Part shown: positions 39,133 through 48,750 of the stretch, in pieces | How the letters are laid out: every line of letters starts with the position of its first letter | Numbering within the stretch: position 1 is the first letter of the stretch | DNA from: Macrostomum lignano | Lineage: Eukaryota | Direction: 5' to 3' | Length of the DNA: 64,000 bases | Assembly: GCA_002269645.1 (NCBI GenBank) | Contig: NIVC01003342.1 | Location: 1 to 64,000 of the forward strand | The notes under the pieces: model-generated | The model's input: the letters and a program-made list of their open reading frames with translations, nothing else | Database searches by the model: none | What the model was told of the DNA's origin: nothing | Translations under genes and position numbers: made by a program

Positions 39133-40205
39133 TGATGTTTTCCTTATTACCAGTCCTCAACTGTAATCAAGGAACAATCACTTCTAGCTCTGTAGCTAGG
39201 CAACCCAGTAATCAAATGAAGGTATTCAATTACCTTTGAGTCCTTAAATGAGAGCTCTCGTAATAATCCTCGTCCGTAGTATCGCGATCAGTAACTTTCC
39301 TGTCCTTCAGGAAGTTTAGGCGCCTGGTAACAGTTGATCTGGTCCGTTATCTCCTTTGTCCTCTTGACTTCTTGCCGGCCGGTATCTGTAGTTCGGACCA
39401 ATCGGAAGCTTCCAAATTAACAATGGGGATCCCTGCGCCGAACTGCGGTTTAATATAAGCCTACTCCTTCAGTAGTGCCTCTCTGCACTCTAGGTATAGC
39501 TCCGGAAACCACTGATAGTCTTCTAAGACCTATCAGGGGCAGTCCTTCTGGAGACTGCAACCAGTGGAGTCTAAACAGACTCAAGAGTCTCAGCAGACTC
39601 AAATAAACTCAAGTCTCAATAGACTTGAGCGAGACGTCTCAACCAACGGGCGCAAATGAGTAAGGCTTACCGCAAGAACTCGTCCACGATGCGAGTTTCT
39701 TCAGGAAGGCTTCACTAGAGCTTCCTCTTCGGAGCTTCTCTCCTTGGAGATTTTGTGGCTCCGGGTCCGTTCCGGACCACTTGTATTTATAGGCGTTCAG
39801 ACCTCTCTCGAGGTCGTACATCACTGTCTTCGCAAATGTCAAAGGGTCACGATTCGGTGGCTGTCAAGCATGACAGGGTAGAAAGTTGCGCAACTAGTCT
39901 ACTGTAAAAGCGCATGATTGGTTACCGTAGCTGGTAGACTTTGATTGGTTCATCCGGGTGCAACCCGAGTGCAAACAAAATGATGACTTGAAGGTGGGGT
40001 TTGAATTGACAGTTGTTGGTCGCACGTGATTGGGTGATTTCTAAAATTAGCATGCTCGAGGTCTCTCTCTTCCTATTGGTTAGTCCGAATATACTTATAG
40101 TTCAAAGCATACCTTCATTCATGCTCTTCAATTTACTACTAAATAAATGTGTGAGTAGTACATTAACACTTTTATGTCTTCTTACGGGAGGTAGAACACT
40201 CTACA
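39133..40205 (-). repeat. 3' LTR (1073 bp)
   Basis: On the minus strand it begins TGTAGAG and ends CATCA. By eye it differs from the 5' LTR only by two 1-nt C-run indels. Confidence 0.95.
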
Positions 40206-40426
40206 AAATCTCCCATGTTTACAAAAAACTCGTCCCGAGTTTTAAATTATAGAGGATTGAAACGCATAAAAATTACGAGCATGTCTTTATAAAAATCTTT
40301 TGTCACAAGTGTTACAGGTATTTAGTAATGGGTAGTTAAGAGCGTTGGTTATAAAAGTTATTTAAAGGTAAGTATACGCATGCAAATAAAATGTTTTTGG
40401 TTACAGTATTGACATGTGCGCCAAGA

Positions 40427-40639
40427 CTAACAATAGGCGCACTGCCGCAAACTACTTCTACCTATCGGGCAATTCTGCCAGAGCTGAATATAATGTGAGT
40501 CGCTTAAATATTGTCCGCATATGCGATGTCTGTTTTCACAAATAATTGGTGGCTTGACAGCCAAGTCATCAGTTAAACATATTGGGCATTCGTAGAGTTG
40601 CTGTAGTTGGGGCGCCTGTTTGGACAGTGCGTTGCCCAT
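40427..40639 (-). CDS. Element-encoded 70-aa N-myristoylation-motif RING-HC-like protein, two ligands degenerate
   Basis: acaATGG Kozak context. MGNALSK; CPIC-x11-C-x3-H-x2-C-x2-Y...CPIGR. The Y (TAT) and G (GGT) codons are each one base from Cys TGT. Confidence 0.6.
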   Translation of the reverse strand: MGNALSKQAPQLQQLYECPICLTDDLAVKPPIICENRHRICGQYLSDSHYIQLWQNCPIGRSSLRQCAYC

Positions 40640-40728
40640 TGTCGTCGTCGCTTGAAGTTTGAAGTCGCTCAGATTAGTCGCCTCTTACGACAAGCTTGCG
40701 AAGCTGTAGAGCTATTCTGACCCGGTCT

Positions 40729-42096
40729 CTACACGGGTTGTTTTCGCAACTTAACGAGGTCGCAGATTGTAGCCATGTTGCTGGTTCTCGGTTGATGTTT
40801 GTGTCTCCTCGTGTTTTGTTGCGATGTGGCGGTTCGCCGAACGCGTGCGATCAGCGTTGTTAGTGACGGTAAAAACGTTGTCGTGTCAGTGTTGATCTTC
40901 TTTAGTCGATGAATGTGCACGTAGAATTGGTGCTGATGAGGATCTTGCACATTGGCCAGGCGTGCCGTTGTCGGTGACGTTAGTTGGACCACTCGATATG
41001 GTCCTTTGTACTTCTGTGCGTGTTTGTGCGTCTGTTGCGGCGGATAGTGCAGGTAGACGATGTCGCCGGCTGTCAGAGTTGTCGATCTCGTGTCGGTGCC
41101 GGTGGTTAGAGCCACCTGATTGTCGATGTTGTGCTTGGCTACTTTCCATGCGAGGTGTAGTTGCGTGACGAACTTTTGAATGGACGTCGGGACTTCCACA
41201 TATTGCGATGGTAGTAGTTGCTGTGCCAATAGGTTTGGCGGCTGGAAGTCTCGCCCAAACATTAGAAAGAATGGCGTATTGTCCGTTGATCGATGAATAG
41301 CGCTGTTGTAGGCCATTGTTACTGCTTGCAGATAGATGATCCAGTCGTCCGGTTGTTGATGCGCGAAGTGTGTAATCATCTCGTGTAGGTTGCGGTGAAA
41401 CCTTTCAACCATGTTCGCCTTCGGATTGTAGGTCGATGTGTAGATCTGCGTGATGTTGAGGATCTTCACCACTTGCTGAAAGAGTTGAGACGTAAACTGC
41501 GATCCATTGTCCGATGTGAGGTTCTTTGGCGTACCGTACTTGCAGATGATGTCGTTGAAGAAACCCATTGCCACTGTCTGAGCTGTGATGTCCGGTATTG
41601 GTATGGCAATAGCAAACTTTGAGAAAATGTCCAAGGCTGTTAGGATGTAGGTGTAGGCTATGCCATGGAGACAGCTCGGTGGCAGCGGTCCGGTGATGTC
41701 GATGCTGAGACAGTCCATAGTTGTTGACTTTGGTATCGATTGTAGCTGTGGTTTTTGTCGTCGTCCTGTCTTTGATGCTGCGCATGAGTGGCAGTTGTTG
41801 CAATACTGCTTGATGTCGCCATGCATGCTTGGCCAAAAGTAGTATTGCTCCACTCTTGCAATGGTTTTGGCTGCCGACAGGTGTCCAGCGAGTGGGTTGT
41901 CGTGCAGCTCGTTGAGAATTGCCTGCCTAAACGAATATGGCATGTAGATTTTAGGTTTGTTGTCACTCATCCAGTAGAGTCGTGACTTGTTGATTGTTAA
42001 ATGCTGTCGCTGCTTGCGCAGGAATTTTCGTTCCACGGGGCTGAGCTTGATGTCCTTGTCGTTGTTTTTAACTGCTTGGTAGAAGTAGTCGTTCAC
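40729..42096 (-). CDS. pol: Integrase part of pol: HHCC zinc finger, DDE core, GPY/F
   Basis: LHDNPLAGH...CNNCHSC; SIDITG; TSDNGSQF; MVERFHR; YKGPYRV. In frame with the upstream RT/RNase H but separated from it by a TGA at 42100-42102. Confidence 0.95.
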   Translation of the reverse strand: MNDYFYQAVKNNDKDIKLSPVERKFLRKQRQHLTINKSRLYWMSDNKPKIYMPYSFRQAILNELHDNPLAGHLSAAKTIARVEQYYFWPSMHGDIKQYCNNCHSCAASKTGRRQKPQLQSIPKSTTMDCLSIDITGPLPPSCLHGIAYTYILTALDIFSKFAIAIPIPDITAQTVAMGFFNDIICKYGTPKNLTSDNGSQFTSQLFQQVVKILNITQIYTSTYNPKANMVERFHRNLHEMITHFAHQQPDDWIIYLQAVTMAYNSAIHRSTDNTPFFLMFGRDFQPPNLLAQQLLPSQYVEVPTSIQKFVTQLHLAWKVAKHNIDNQVALTTGTDTRSTTLTAGDIVYLHYPPQQTHKHAQKYKGPYRVVQLTSPTTARLANVQDPHQHQFYVHIHRLKKINTDTTTFLPSLTTLIARVRRTATSQQNTRRHKHQPRTSNMATICDLVKLRKQPV

Positions 42097-42099
42097 GTT

Positions 42100-44286
42100 T
42101 CATCCATCAATCCTTGATGTTAGGATTGGATGAATGGCGTTGACTTCGTAGGCTCTTGACAGGGCGTCCGCGGCCTTGTTAGTAATTCCTGGTTTGTAGA
42201 CGAGCTTGTAGTTGTAGTCCTGGATCTTGAGTGTCATCCTGATGAGTCGGTTGTTTGTTTGTCCTTTTGTAGTTACGACGTAGGTCAGCGGTGCATGATC
42301 TGTGCGTACTATCGTCTGTAATGGAGATCCATAGATGTAGTAGTGAAACTGTCGTAGGGCGAACAGAACTCCTAGTAGTTCTCGTTCCGTAGCTGACCAT
42401 TTTGTCTCATTCGGTTTAAGTGCTCGACTGACGTAGGCTATAGGTCGTTCCTTTTTGTCTTCAGTTTCCTGTAGTAGGACTGCTCCGAGTCCCGTTCCTG
42501 AGGCGTCTGTCTCGATGATGAAGGGTTTGTCGAAGTCCGGATGCTGTAGCAGTGCGTCTGATGTCAGCTGTCGTTTGATTTCGTCAAAACTTTCTTGTTG
42601 CTTTTGTGTCCAATTCTCCTGCTTCCATTTGTCGAACTTGAGCAGGTCGTACAGCGGCTTTGCTGTCTTCGCGAAGTTGGGTAAGAACTTTCGGAAGTAT
42701 TGCGCAAGTCCAAGAAATGATTGGACCTTCGTTATGCTAGTTGGCGTAGGAAACTTTTTCACTTTATCCACGTTGTCTGGGTCCGGTGAAATTCCTTTGG
42801 CTGTCACCTGATGTCCCAGGTAACGCACGTTGTCTCGGAAGAATTTGCATTTAGTTGGTTGTAGCTTCAGACCTTGACGTTGTATAAGCGCGAGGGCCTT
42901 CTCCGTCGCTTCATAGAGTCGTTCGAAGTCTTCTCCGTAGGCCAAGATGTCGTCAACATAGTGCAACAGGTTCGTGCATCCTGCAAGCATGTATGCTGTT
43001 AGTCGGCTCATCGTTGCTGGGCTGTTGCTGAGTCCCATCGGCGATCGATTGTACTCGTATACTTGTCCATTGTAGGTTTTGAAAGCCGTGTACTGTCGTG
43101 ACTCTTTCTCGATTTCAATTTGCCAAAATCCATGACGTAGGTCGAACACTGTGAACAATTTTGCCGTGTTGAGCTTTGCTAGTAGTTCGGAGATCTTCGG
43201 TAGGCTTTGCTGATCCGTCGGTATGTACTTGTTCAGCAGTCTGAAGTCACATACGAGTCGTCTTTCGTTAGTCTCCTTCTTTTGCACCAAGAGACATGGT
43301 GATGAGTATGCTGAAATGGCTTTGCTGATGATGCCGTGTTTCAGCATTTTGTCGATAATCTCATCGAAGTGCTGTTGCAGATGCTTGGCGATCGGGTACG
43401 GTTTGCACTGAATTGGTTCCGTGTGCGGCAGAAGTTTGATTTCCTGTTTGATGTCCTTGGCTCGTCCGATGTCGTAGTCATGGTGGCAGAAAGCGTCGTT
43501 GTACTTCCACAACAGCTGTCGAACTTTCCTCTTTTGCTGTTCCGTAATCGGGCTGTCATCCAAATTGATCTTCTTTTGAAATTCTTCCTCTGTTAGTCGT
43601 GGAGTCGCTTGCTCAATCAGCATAACCGATGCTTGGGTGTTGAGATGACCGATGCACATTCCTTGTCGTAGATGAACCGTTTCTGTGTTCGGGTTGAATA
43701 TTTGTACTGGCAGCTGTTTATCTTTTGCAACCAGTACTAGTGCCGTAGGCATCATAATTTGGTGTTTAGCCGTGACTCTTCTGTTTGGGTCGAATATCAT
43801 TGCTTCCTCCGTTGCGTTAGTTGCCTTTGCCTTTATCCAGCAGGCGCTCTCCGGTTGGATGATGACATCTTGTTGCAATGTTACTTTTGGTAGTACTCGG
43901 ATCTGGTTGATCAATGGTTGTTCTACCGAGTCGATCTTAAACGTTTGCTTATTGAAGTCGAAGGTCAATGGTAGTCTAAGCTGCTTGAACGTGTCGATGC
44001 CAACAATAACGTCCTGGTTTGGGAGTCTGTCGATGACGTACGATGGAACTGTCAAATGTTTATTAGCGATTCTTAAATCAATGTCGGCTTTTCCCAGAAT
44101 GTTTAGCGAATGTCCTCCTGCTCCTGCAACTGCGATTGTTGCTGGCCGTAGAGCAAGTCGTAGCTTGTTGCACAGTTGTTTTGATATAACTGTGATGGAG
44201 CTGCCGGAATCGAGTAGCGCTCGACATGGTAGATTGTTGATTACCACTTGAGCCATGCTTTGCCAATTTCGGCGTGTAGAGTACAT
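42100..44286 (-). CDS. pol: Pol: aspartic protease, reverse transcriptase, RNase H
   Basis: ALLDSGSS; RLVCDFRLLN; DLRHGFWQI; PMGLSNSP; YVDD; ETDASGTGLGAVL; ERELLG; TDHAPL; NKAADALSR. Confidence 0.96.
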   Translation of the reverse strand: MYSTRRNWQSMAQVVINNLPCRALLDSGSSITVISKQLCNKLRLALRPATIAVAGAGGHSLNILGKADIDLRIANKHLTVPSYVIDRLPNQDVIVGIDTFKQLRLPLTFDFNKQTFKIDSVEQPLINQIRVLPKVTLQQDVIIQPESACWIKAKATNATEEAMIFDPNRRVTAKHQIMMPTALVLVAKDKQLPVQIFNPNTETVHLRQGMCIGHLNTQASVMLIEQATPRLTEEEFQKKINLDDSPITEQQKRKVRQLLWKYNDAFCHHDYDIGRAKDIKQEIKLLPHTEPIQCKPYPIAKHLQQHFDEIIDKMLKHGIISKAISAYSSPCLLVQKKETNERRLVCDFRLLNKYIPTDQQSLPKISELLAKLNTAKLFTVFDLRHGFWQIEIEKESRQYTAFKTYNGQVYEYNRSPMGLSNSPATMSRLTAYMLAGCTNLLHYVDDILAYGEDFERLYEATEKALALIQRQGLKLQPTKCKFFRDNVRYLGHQVTAKGISPDPDNVDKVKKFPTPTSITKVQSFLGLAQYFRKFLPNFAKTAKPLYDLLKFDKWKQENWTQKQQESFDEIKRQLTSDALLQHPDFDKPFIIETDASGTGLGAVLLQETEDKKERPIAYVSRALKPNETKWSATERELLGVLFALRQFHYYIYGSPLQTIVRTDHAPLTYVVTTKGQTNNRLIRMTLKIQDYNYKLVYKPGITNKAADALSRAYEVNAIHPILTSRIDG

Positions 44287-46507
44287 ACGTAGTTTCTGGC
44301 CATTTTGGGTCTTGCTGTTCTGCTTGATAGTTAGGTGGTTGTATTCTTGGTGCCGTTGGTGTTGTCGGAATCGATGGATATAGCCGCGTTGCTAGTGTCG
44401 GTTGCCCTTGAACCTCACGATGTGCAGTTTCTGTTAGTTCTAAACTGTTGTCGCCTTCCGTTGTCGTTCTTTGCATTATGGCATTCACTGTCTTCTTAGC
44501 TCTTGGACAAGTTTGACTGAAGCACCGTACGATTGACGAAATGATGAAGATTGCCGTGACAATCCACACAATGCAAGCACCGTAGAAGATGAATCCTTGA
44601 TAGAGACTGCCTCTTCCATTGAGCAGCTCCCAGAAGCTGTTTGTCCAAAATGATTTGATGGCGCTGTCCATTGAAACAAGGACGGGAAATCTTCCTGTCC
44701 CGGTTCCTTTGTCCTTTCTTGTGAACAGCTGGTGAATCATCTTGCGTTGGGTGATGAACGCTTGCAAGAAGTCGTTGATCGTCCATCCTGGTGTTATCTC
44801 GTCAAGTTGGATATCGGCGAATGGCGTATACTTCGTTCTGTTGAATCGGATTTTCAAATCCTCCATGTCGTAGTTTTCGTCGACGATTACTTCCGGTTCT
44901 GTGATGTTTGCTGTCGTTCCAGTTGTTTTGATGACGTGTAGTGCATTGTCCAGTTGATAGTAGTTTGCTGCCGTGGTGCAGGGTCTCGGTATTGCGGTGC
45001 CAACTATGATGTTGTGTACCGTGTCCAAGAATCCCTGAATTCGTTTTCCTTCGTAGAACGCTTCAATCCTTGGCTTGTCGTAGCAGGTTGTTGACGTGTT
45101 CGACGGCAAGATGTTAAAGTGCTGTATCGGCGTGCACTTGTATATCAACAGATGCTCGTATATTGGAACTGCCAAAACGTTCGTCATTCCGGTGATTTTA
45201 CGAAAAGTCATCGTAGGGTTGACATAGTAGTTTTGTCTGGCATAATTTAAGTTGATTGCGTGCATTTTGCAAGTTAGCTGGACCAGTGTTCGATGCAAGT
45301 GGTTTAACTGGTTGTGTAGATTGTGATCCAAAGCCGTTATCTTTGCTGACAGTAGTCGGTTTGACACCAGTTTGGGACGTTCGATGTCACGTCGTCGTCT
45401 GTTCTGTTGTTCCTGCTGTTGATAAGTTCCGTTGATGATCGCCAGAAAGGTTTGTTTGTCGTCATCTTTTACGTAGACTGGTATCTCTTGTTCCGAGATG
45501 AATAGTGTCTTGTCTGTATCCTTGCATTTCAGTTTTTGCTCGACTGGTTTCTTTTGAAACGTCAGTGCCAAGTCTCCTGACTTTGCCAAAAACGTGTTTG
45601 ACAGTAGGCCTCCTTCCACTGTGTGGTACTTTTGTAGTTGACAGTCGATTTCCGTCTCAACCTTCCAAGCGAAGAAATATTGTCGTGACTTTGATGGTTC
45701 TTCGTAGTGTGGATCGGCTCTGTGCACTATCTGCCATCGATAGTCTGGATGATACGTTGGACTCAGCGGTAGGCTGTAGAGTTCTGCATTTCGCAATATC
45801 GGCGTTGGGCACCATCCTTCGCTGTATCGGCATTCACTTAGTTGCAGTTGCAGTGATTCCATTTTCTCGTACGGATTGTAGTAGAACGGAACATTCCTGA
45901 TTAGGTAGCTGTTGCGTGCCGTGTAGTCAGGCCATCTTTCATTATAGTGGACATATCGACCGTTTGCCACATTCTTTGTTCGGAAGAGTTGTGCGTTGCC
46001 GACCTTTTCATCAGGTTCTAGTACACCATCTTTGGAGAACAATGTCTGGTTCCATCGTAGGCAGTCAGCGTGCGACACATGTAGCTCATGCTGTCGGAAT
46101 CGGATTCTGTTCCATTGTCCTCGCCATATTTTTTCGACTAGGTGCTTGTCTCTGAAGCACACTATTCCGAGTTGTCGATGCTTCTTGATGTTAGCTTTGT
46201 AGAGATCAATTGTGATCTTCTTTGGCTTCGTCTGGTTTGTCTTGAAGTAGCTGCATTTGATGTCGGTTGGTATCTTGTAGATCATCGGTTGGATATGCGC
46301 ATCCGTTGGACATATCATTGGTTTTTCCATTGCTGTTGCTTTGGTGACTACTGCCGTCAGTAGTATTATGATGATCCAGAATATCCAGAATCGCCATTTC
46401 CTGAACGTTGCCGTTGTCTTTGCTGGCATTGGCTGCGGCTGCCATTCGTTATCTTCTGCGTCCGCATCGTATTCTTCCTCTTGTTCCATTGGCGTTTCCG
46501 AGCGCAA
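44078..46507 (-). CDS. env: Envelope glycoprotein, herpesvirus gB/chuvirus G-like class III fusogen
   Basis: Signal or signal-anchor RKWRFWIFWIIIILLTAVVTKATA; ICP...KC N-terminus; N-glycosylation sequons (NQT x2, NGT, NTS, NIT, NRT); furin site NRRRR/D (45389-45400); gB-like NPT...G...LLIYKC.PI and CYDKP....Y..K.I.GFL....N......PRPC; TM FIFYGACIVWIVTAIFIISSIV; cytoplasmic tail. Confidence 0.82.
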   Translation of the reverse strand: MRSETPMEQEEEYDADAEDNEWQPQPMPAKTTATFRKWRFWIFWIIIILLTAVVTKATAMEKPMICPTDAHIQPMIYKIPTDIKCSYFKTNQTKPKKITIDLYKANIKKHRQLGIVCFRDKHLVEKIWRGQWNRIRFRQHELHVSHADCLRWNQTLFSKDGVLEPDEKVGNAQLFRTKNVANGRYVHYNERWPDYTARNSYLIRNVPFYYNPYEKMESLQLQLSECRYSEGWCPTPILRNAELYSLPLSPTYHPDYRWQIVHRADPHYEEPSKSRQYFFAWKVETEIDCQLQKYHTVEGGLLSNTFLAKSGDLALTFQKKPVEQKLKCKDTDKTLFISEQEIPVYVKDDDKQTFLAIINGTYQQQEQQNRRRRDIERPKLVSNRLLSAKITALDHNLHNQLNHLHRTLVQLTCKMHAINLNYARQNYYVNPTMTFRKITGMTNVLAVPIYEHLLIYKCTPIQHFNILPSNTSTTCYDKPRIEAFYEGKRIQGFLDTVHNIIVGTAIPRPCTTAANYYQLDNALHVIKTTGTTANITEPEVIVDENYDMEDLKIRFNRTKYTPFADIQLDEITPGWTINDFLQAFITQRKMIHQLFTRKDKGTGTGRFPVLVSMDSAIKSFWTNSFWELLNGRGSLYQGFIFYGACIVWIVTAIFIISSIVRCFSQTCPRAKKTVNAIMQRTTTEGDNSLELTETAHREVQGQPTLATRLYPSIPTTPTAPRIQPPNYQAEQQDPKWPETTYVLYTPKLAKHGSSGNQQSTMSSATRFRQLHHSYIKTTVQQATTCSTASNNRSCRSRRTFAKHSGKSRH

Positions 46508-48063
46508 GGCATCCGATTCGTTCCGCTGCTTGTCGTCTTCATCATTTTCTCCTTGCTTTCTTCCGATGTTGTAGTTGTGTCACTCCATTGTCTGCGGTAC
46601 CCTACTTCGGCCTTGTAGTCGACTGTTTGAATGTAGGCTTCACCATTTCGTTTATATCGGATCTCGTAGCATTGATCGCTGTCGGAGCTTAGATTTCTTT
46701 CTTCCATTCCTTTGTGCCTTCCGTCTTCATGTTCTTTGTCGGCGGCTTGGTTGTCATCAGCGTCATTCTGCATCTCATAATCGTGATCGCTGCTTTCTTC
46801 TTGCTGTTCTTCTTCCATTTCTGCATTTCCGTCGTTGCTTCTTTCGTTGTCATCCTTCGTTGCCAGTTCTTTGTCGTTGCCTTTGTTTGTTTCTTCTTTT
46901 CTTTCATTGATGTCGCTTGGCAATGTTTTTTCTGTGCTCACTTCTGCCTTTTCTTCTTCGCTGTCAATGTTAGTTTCTTTCATTTCGACCATGCTGATGT
47001 TTTTTGTCTTTTCGCTGCTCTCCGCATCGAGCCAGTCGATTTCATTGATAGTGAAGTCCATTTCCAAGTCGTCTATCGTGAAGACTTGCTGCTCTTGCTG
47101 TTCGCTTTCCGGTGTGTACGTGATGGCGTTTGCATATCGTTGCATCGCTTGCGTTGGTTGCTTGGGCATGTATCTGGCGTTTCGCGGTCTGTAGCCAATG
47201 TTTCCTAAGCGTTTCGTGTTTTGCTGCTGCCAATTTTGATGCTGTTGCCATGGTTTTTGCGGCTTCCTTCTGTTGAATGGCTGTCGCTGCATGTCATTTC
47301 TTGTTGACCGATGAGGACAATGTATTTGGTAGTGTCCTTCTCGTCCACAGTAATAGCATCTGGCTTGGGCTCGTTCATTTCGTCTTTTTTGTTCGGCGAT
47401 AACGGCTGTTTGATGTTGCATCAGTTTGTTTAGTTGCTGTGTCAGTTTCTGCACTTCTGTGTTGCCGGTTGTCATTAGTGGAGCGCTTGCTTCCCACTGC
47501 ATTCCGCACCGTAAAAGGTCTTCCTCGGTTTCAATGTTTTCGCGTAGAAGTCTATCTCGGAGTGACGGCTGTGCATTGTTTATTACGTGCAGAATCAGAT
47601 TTTGTTCGCGATCCATCAATCGCTGTCGCTCTCTAGCGGCTAATTCTGCCGCACCCAGAGGTGGTTGGTCTGCAGCTGGCAGTGTTGGCTGATGCAGTGC
47701 CTTAATTATCTGACGGATGTCGTCCACAAAGGTCAGGAAGGATTCGGTTGGCTGCATCCTTCTGTTATGCAACTTGTGCAGTAGCACTGATCTGTTTGTG
47801 CCACAGCGGTTGAAATGCGCGCGCAGTTGAATGATTAATGCTGGGTAGTTTTGCTGTGTTGCCGCATCTAGTTTACCATAAATCTCTCGTGCAGTGCCTT
47901 GGAGGAGTGCTGGCAACAGTTGCGCTTTTTCTGGATTTTGTAGGTTGTATTCCCTACATACCAGGTCAAAATGATCAACAAAGGTGTTAAAGTCTTTTTC
48001 CATAGAAAAGGTGCCAACTGTCTCTTTGATATCTCTGTGCACCGTTGGATTGCGCCGCGCCAT
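46366..48063 (-). CDS. gag: Gag: capsid-like domain, CCHC zinc knuckle, long acidic C-terminal tract
   Basis: FSMEKDFNTFVDHFDLVC...LLPALLQGTAREIY (retrotransposon gag pattern); CYYCGREGHYQIHC. Confidence 0.9.
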   Translation of the reverse strand: MARRNPTVHRDIKETVGTFSMEKDFNTFVDHFDLVCREYNLQNPEKAQLLPALLQGTAREIYGKLDAATQQNYPALIIQLRAHFNRCGTNRSVLLHKLHNRRMQPTESFLTFVDDIRQIIKALHQPTLPAADQPPLGAAELAARERQRLMDREQNLILHVINNAQPSLRDRLLRENIETEEDLLRCGMQWEASAPLMTTGNTEVQKLTQQLNKLMQHQTAVIAEQKRRNERAQARCYYCGREGHYQIHCPHRSTRNDMQRQPFNRRKPQKPWQQHQNWQQQNTKRLGNIGYRPRNARYMPKQPTQAMQRYANAITYTPESEQQEQQVFTIDDLEMDFTINEIDWLDAESSEKTKNISMVEMKETNIDSEEEKAEVSTEKTLPSDINERKEETNKGNDKELATKDDNERSNDGNAEMEEEQQEESSDHDYEMQNDADDNQAADKEHEDGRHKGMEERNLSSDSDQCYEIRYKRNGEAYIQTVDYKAEVGYRRQWSDTTTTSEESKEKMMKTTSSGTNRMPCARKRQWNKRKNTMRTQKITNGSRSQCQQRQRQRSGNGDSGYSGSS

Positions 48064-48730
48064 GTTGTTGATGGGATAGAACGGTAGCTCTAGGTCTGGG
48101 TCGATTTGTAATGGATCTTCCAGTGTGGTGTTTCTTTCGAAATAAACTTCGGTTGTAACTGATTGTCTCGCGGCGCTTTTGACACCTCAATTTGTTATGT
48201 CTGACCTTGAGCGGAATTCGGCTTTTGGCTGCTTTTTCTGACCTCTTATTCGCTGGCTGATTTTCGCACTTATGCGGCGTCCCGCAAAGTGTATCTTTAA
48301 AGTGCTTGAAGTGCAGCTGCTTCTTGCTTTTTTCAAAGGCCTTTCTTGTCTTCGTGACGTGCCTTGTCACGTTTTATCAAATTTCGGTTTGTTTTAGCTT
48401 TCGTCAAGTGTTTTTGATTTCGGTTTTGTTTTAGTGTGTATTGATTATTTTTCGGTTTGTTTTCAGTGTACCGGACGTTGTTTTCGGTTTTGTTTAAGGT
48501 TTACTCTTGCTCGAGCTCGTTAAAAACAAAAATTTAACACGCGTGCTCAAACGTTACTCAAAATTGACAGGTACTCAAACCTGTACACAAAAATTTTTTT
48601 ACTCGAGTTTCAAAACGTACGGACTTCAAAAGTGTTAACTCTAACACGTGCGCGCAAAATAAATGAAGTCGCTCTTTCGTCACGTTACAATAGCTTGATC
48701 AGGGCTATTGCTCAAAGTTTGAGTAGTGCC

Positions 48731-48748
48731 GAGAGGGCGAGATCACCA
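48731..48748 (-). other. Primer binding site
   Basis: TGGTGATCTCGCCCTCTC, 2 nt after the 5' LTR. The TGG is complementary to the tRNA CCA end. The priming tRNA is uncertain; it is loosely Trp-like. Confidence 0.7.
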
Positions 48749-48750
48749 AT

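Noticed and set aside
39639-40252. Small ORFs inside the LTRs
   Set aside because: They duplicate only because the LTRs do; no motifs or good starts.
44078-46507. env as a separate nested insertion or captured host gene
   Set aside because: No own TSD, TIR, LTR or introns. It has the same strand and composition as gag/pol and overlaps both in open frames.
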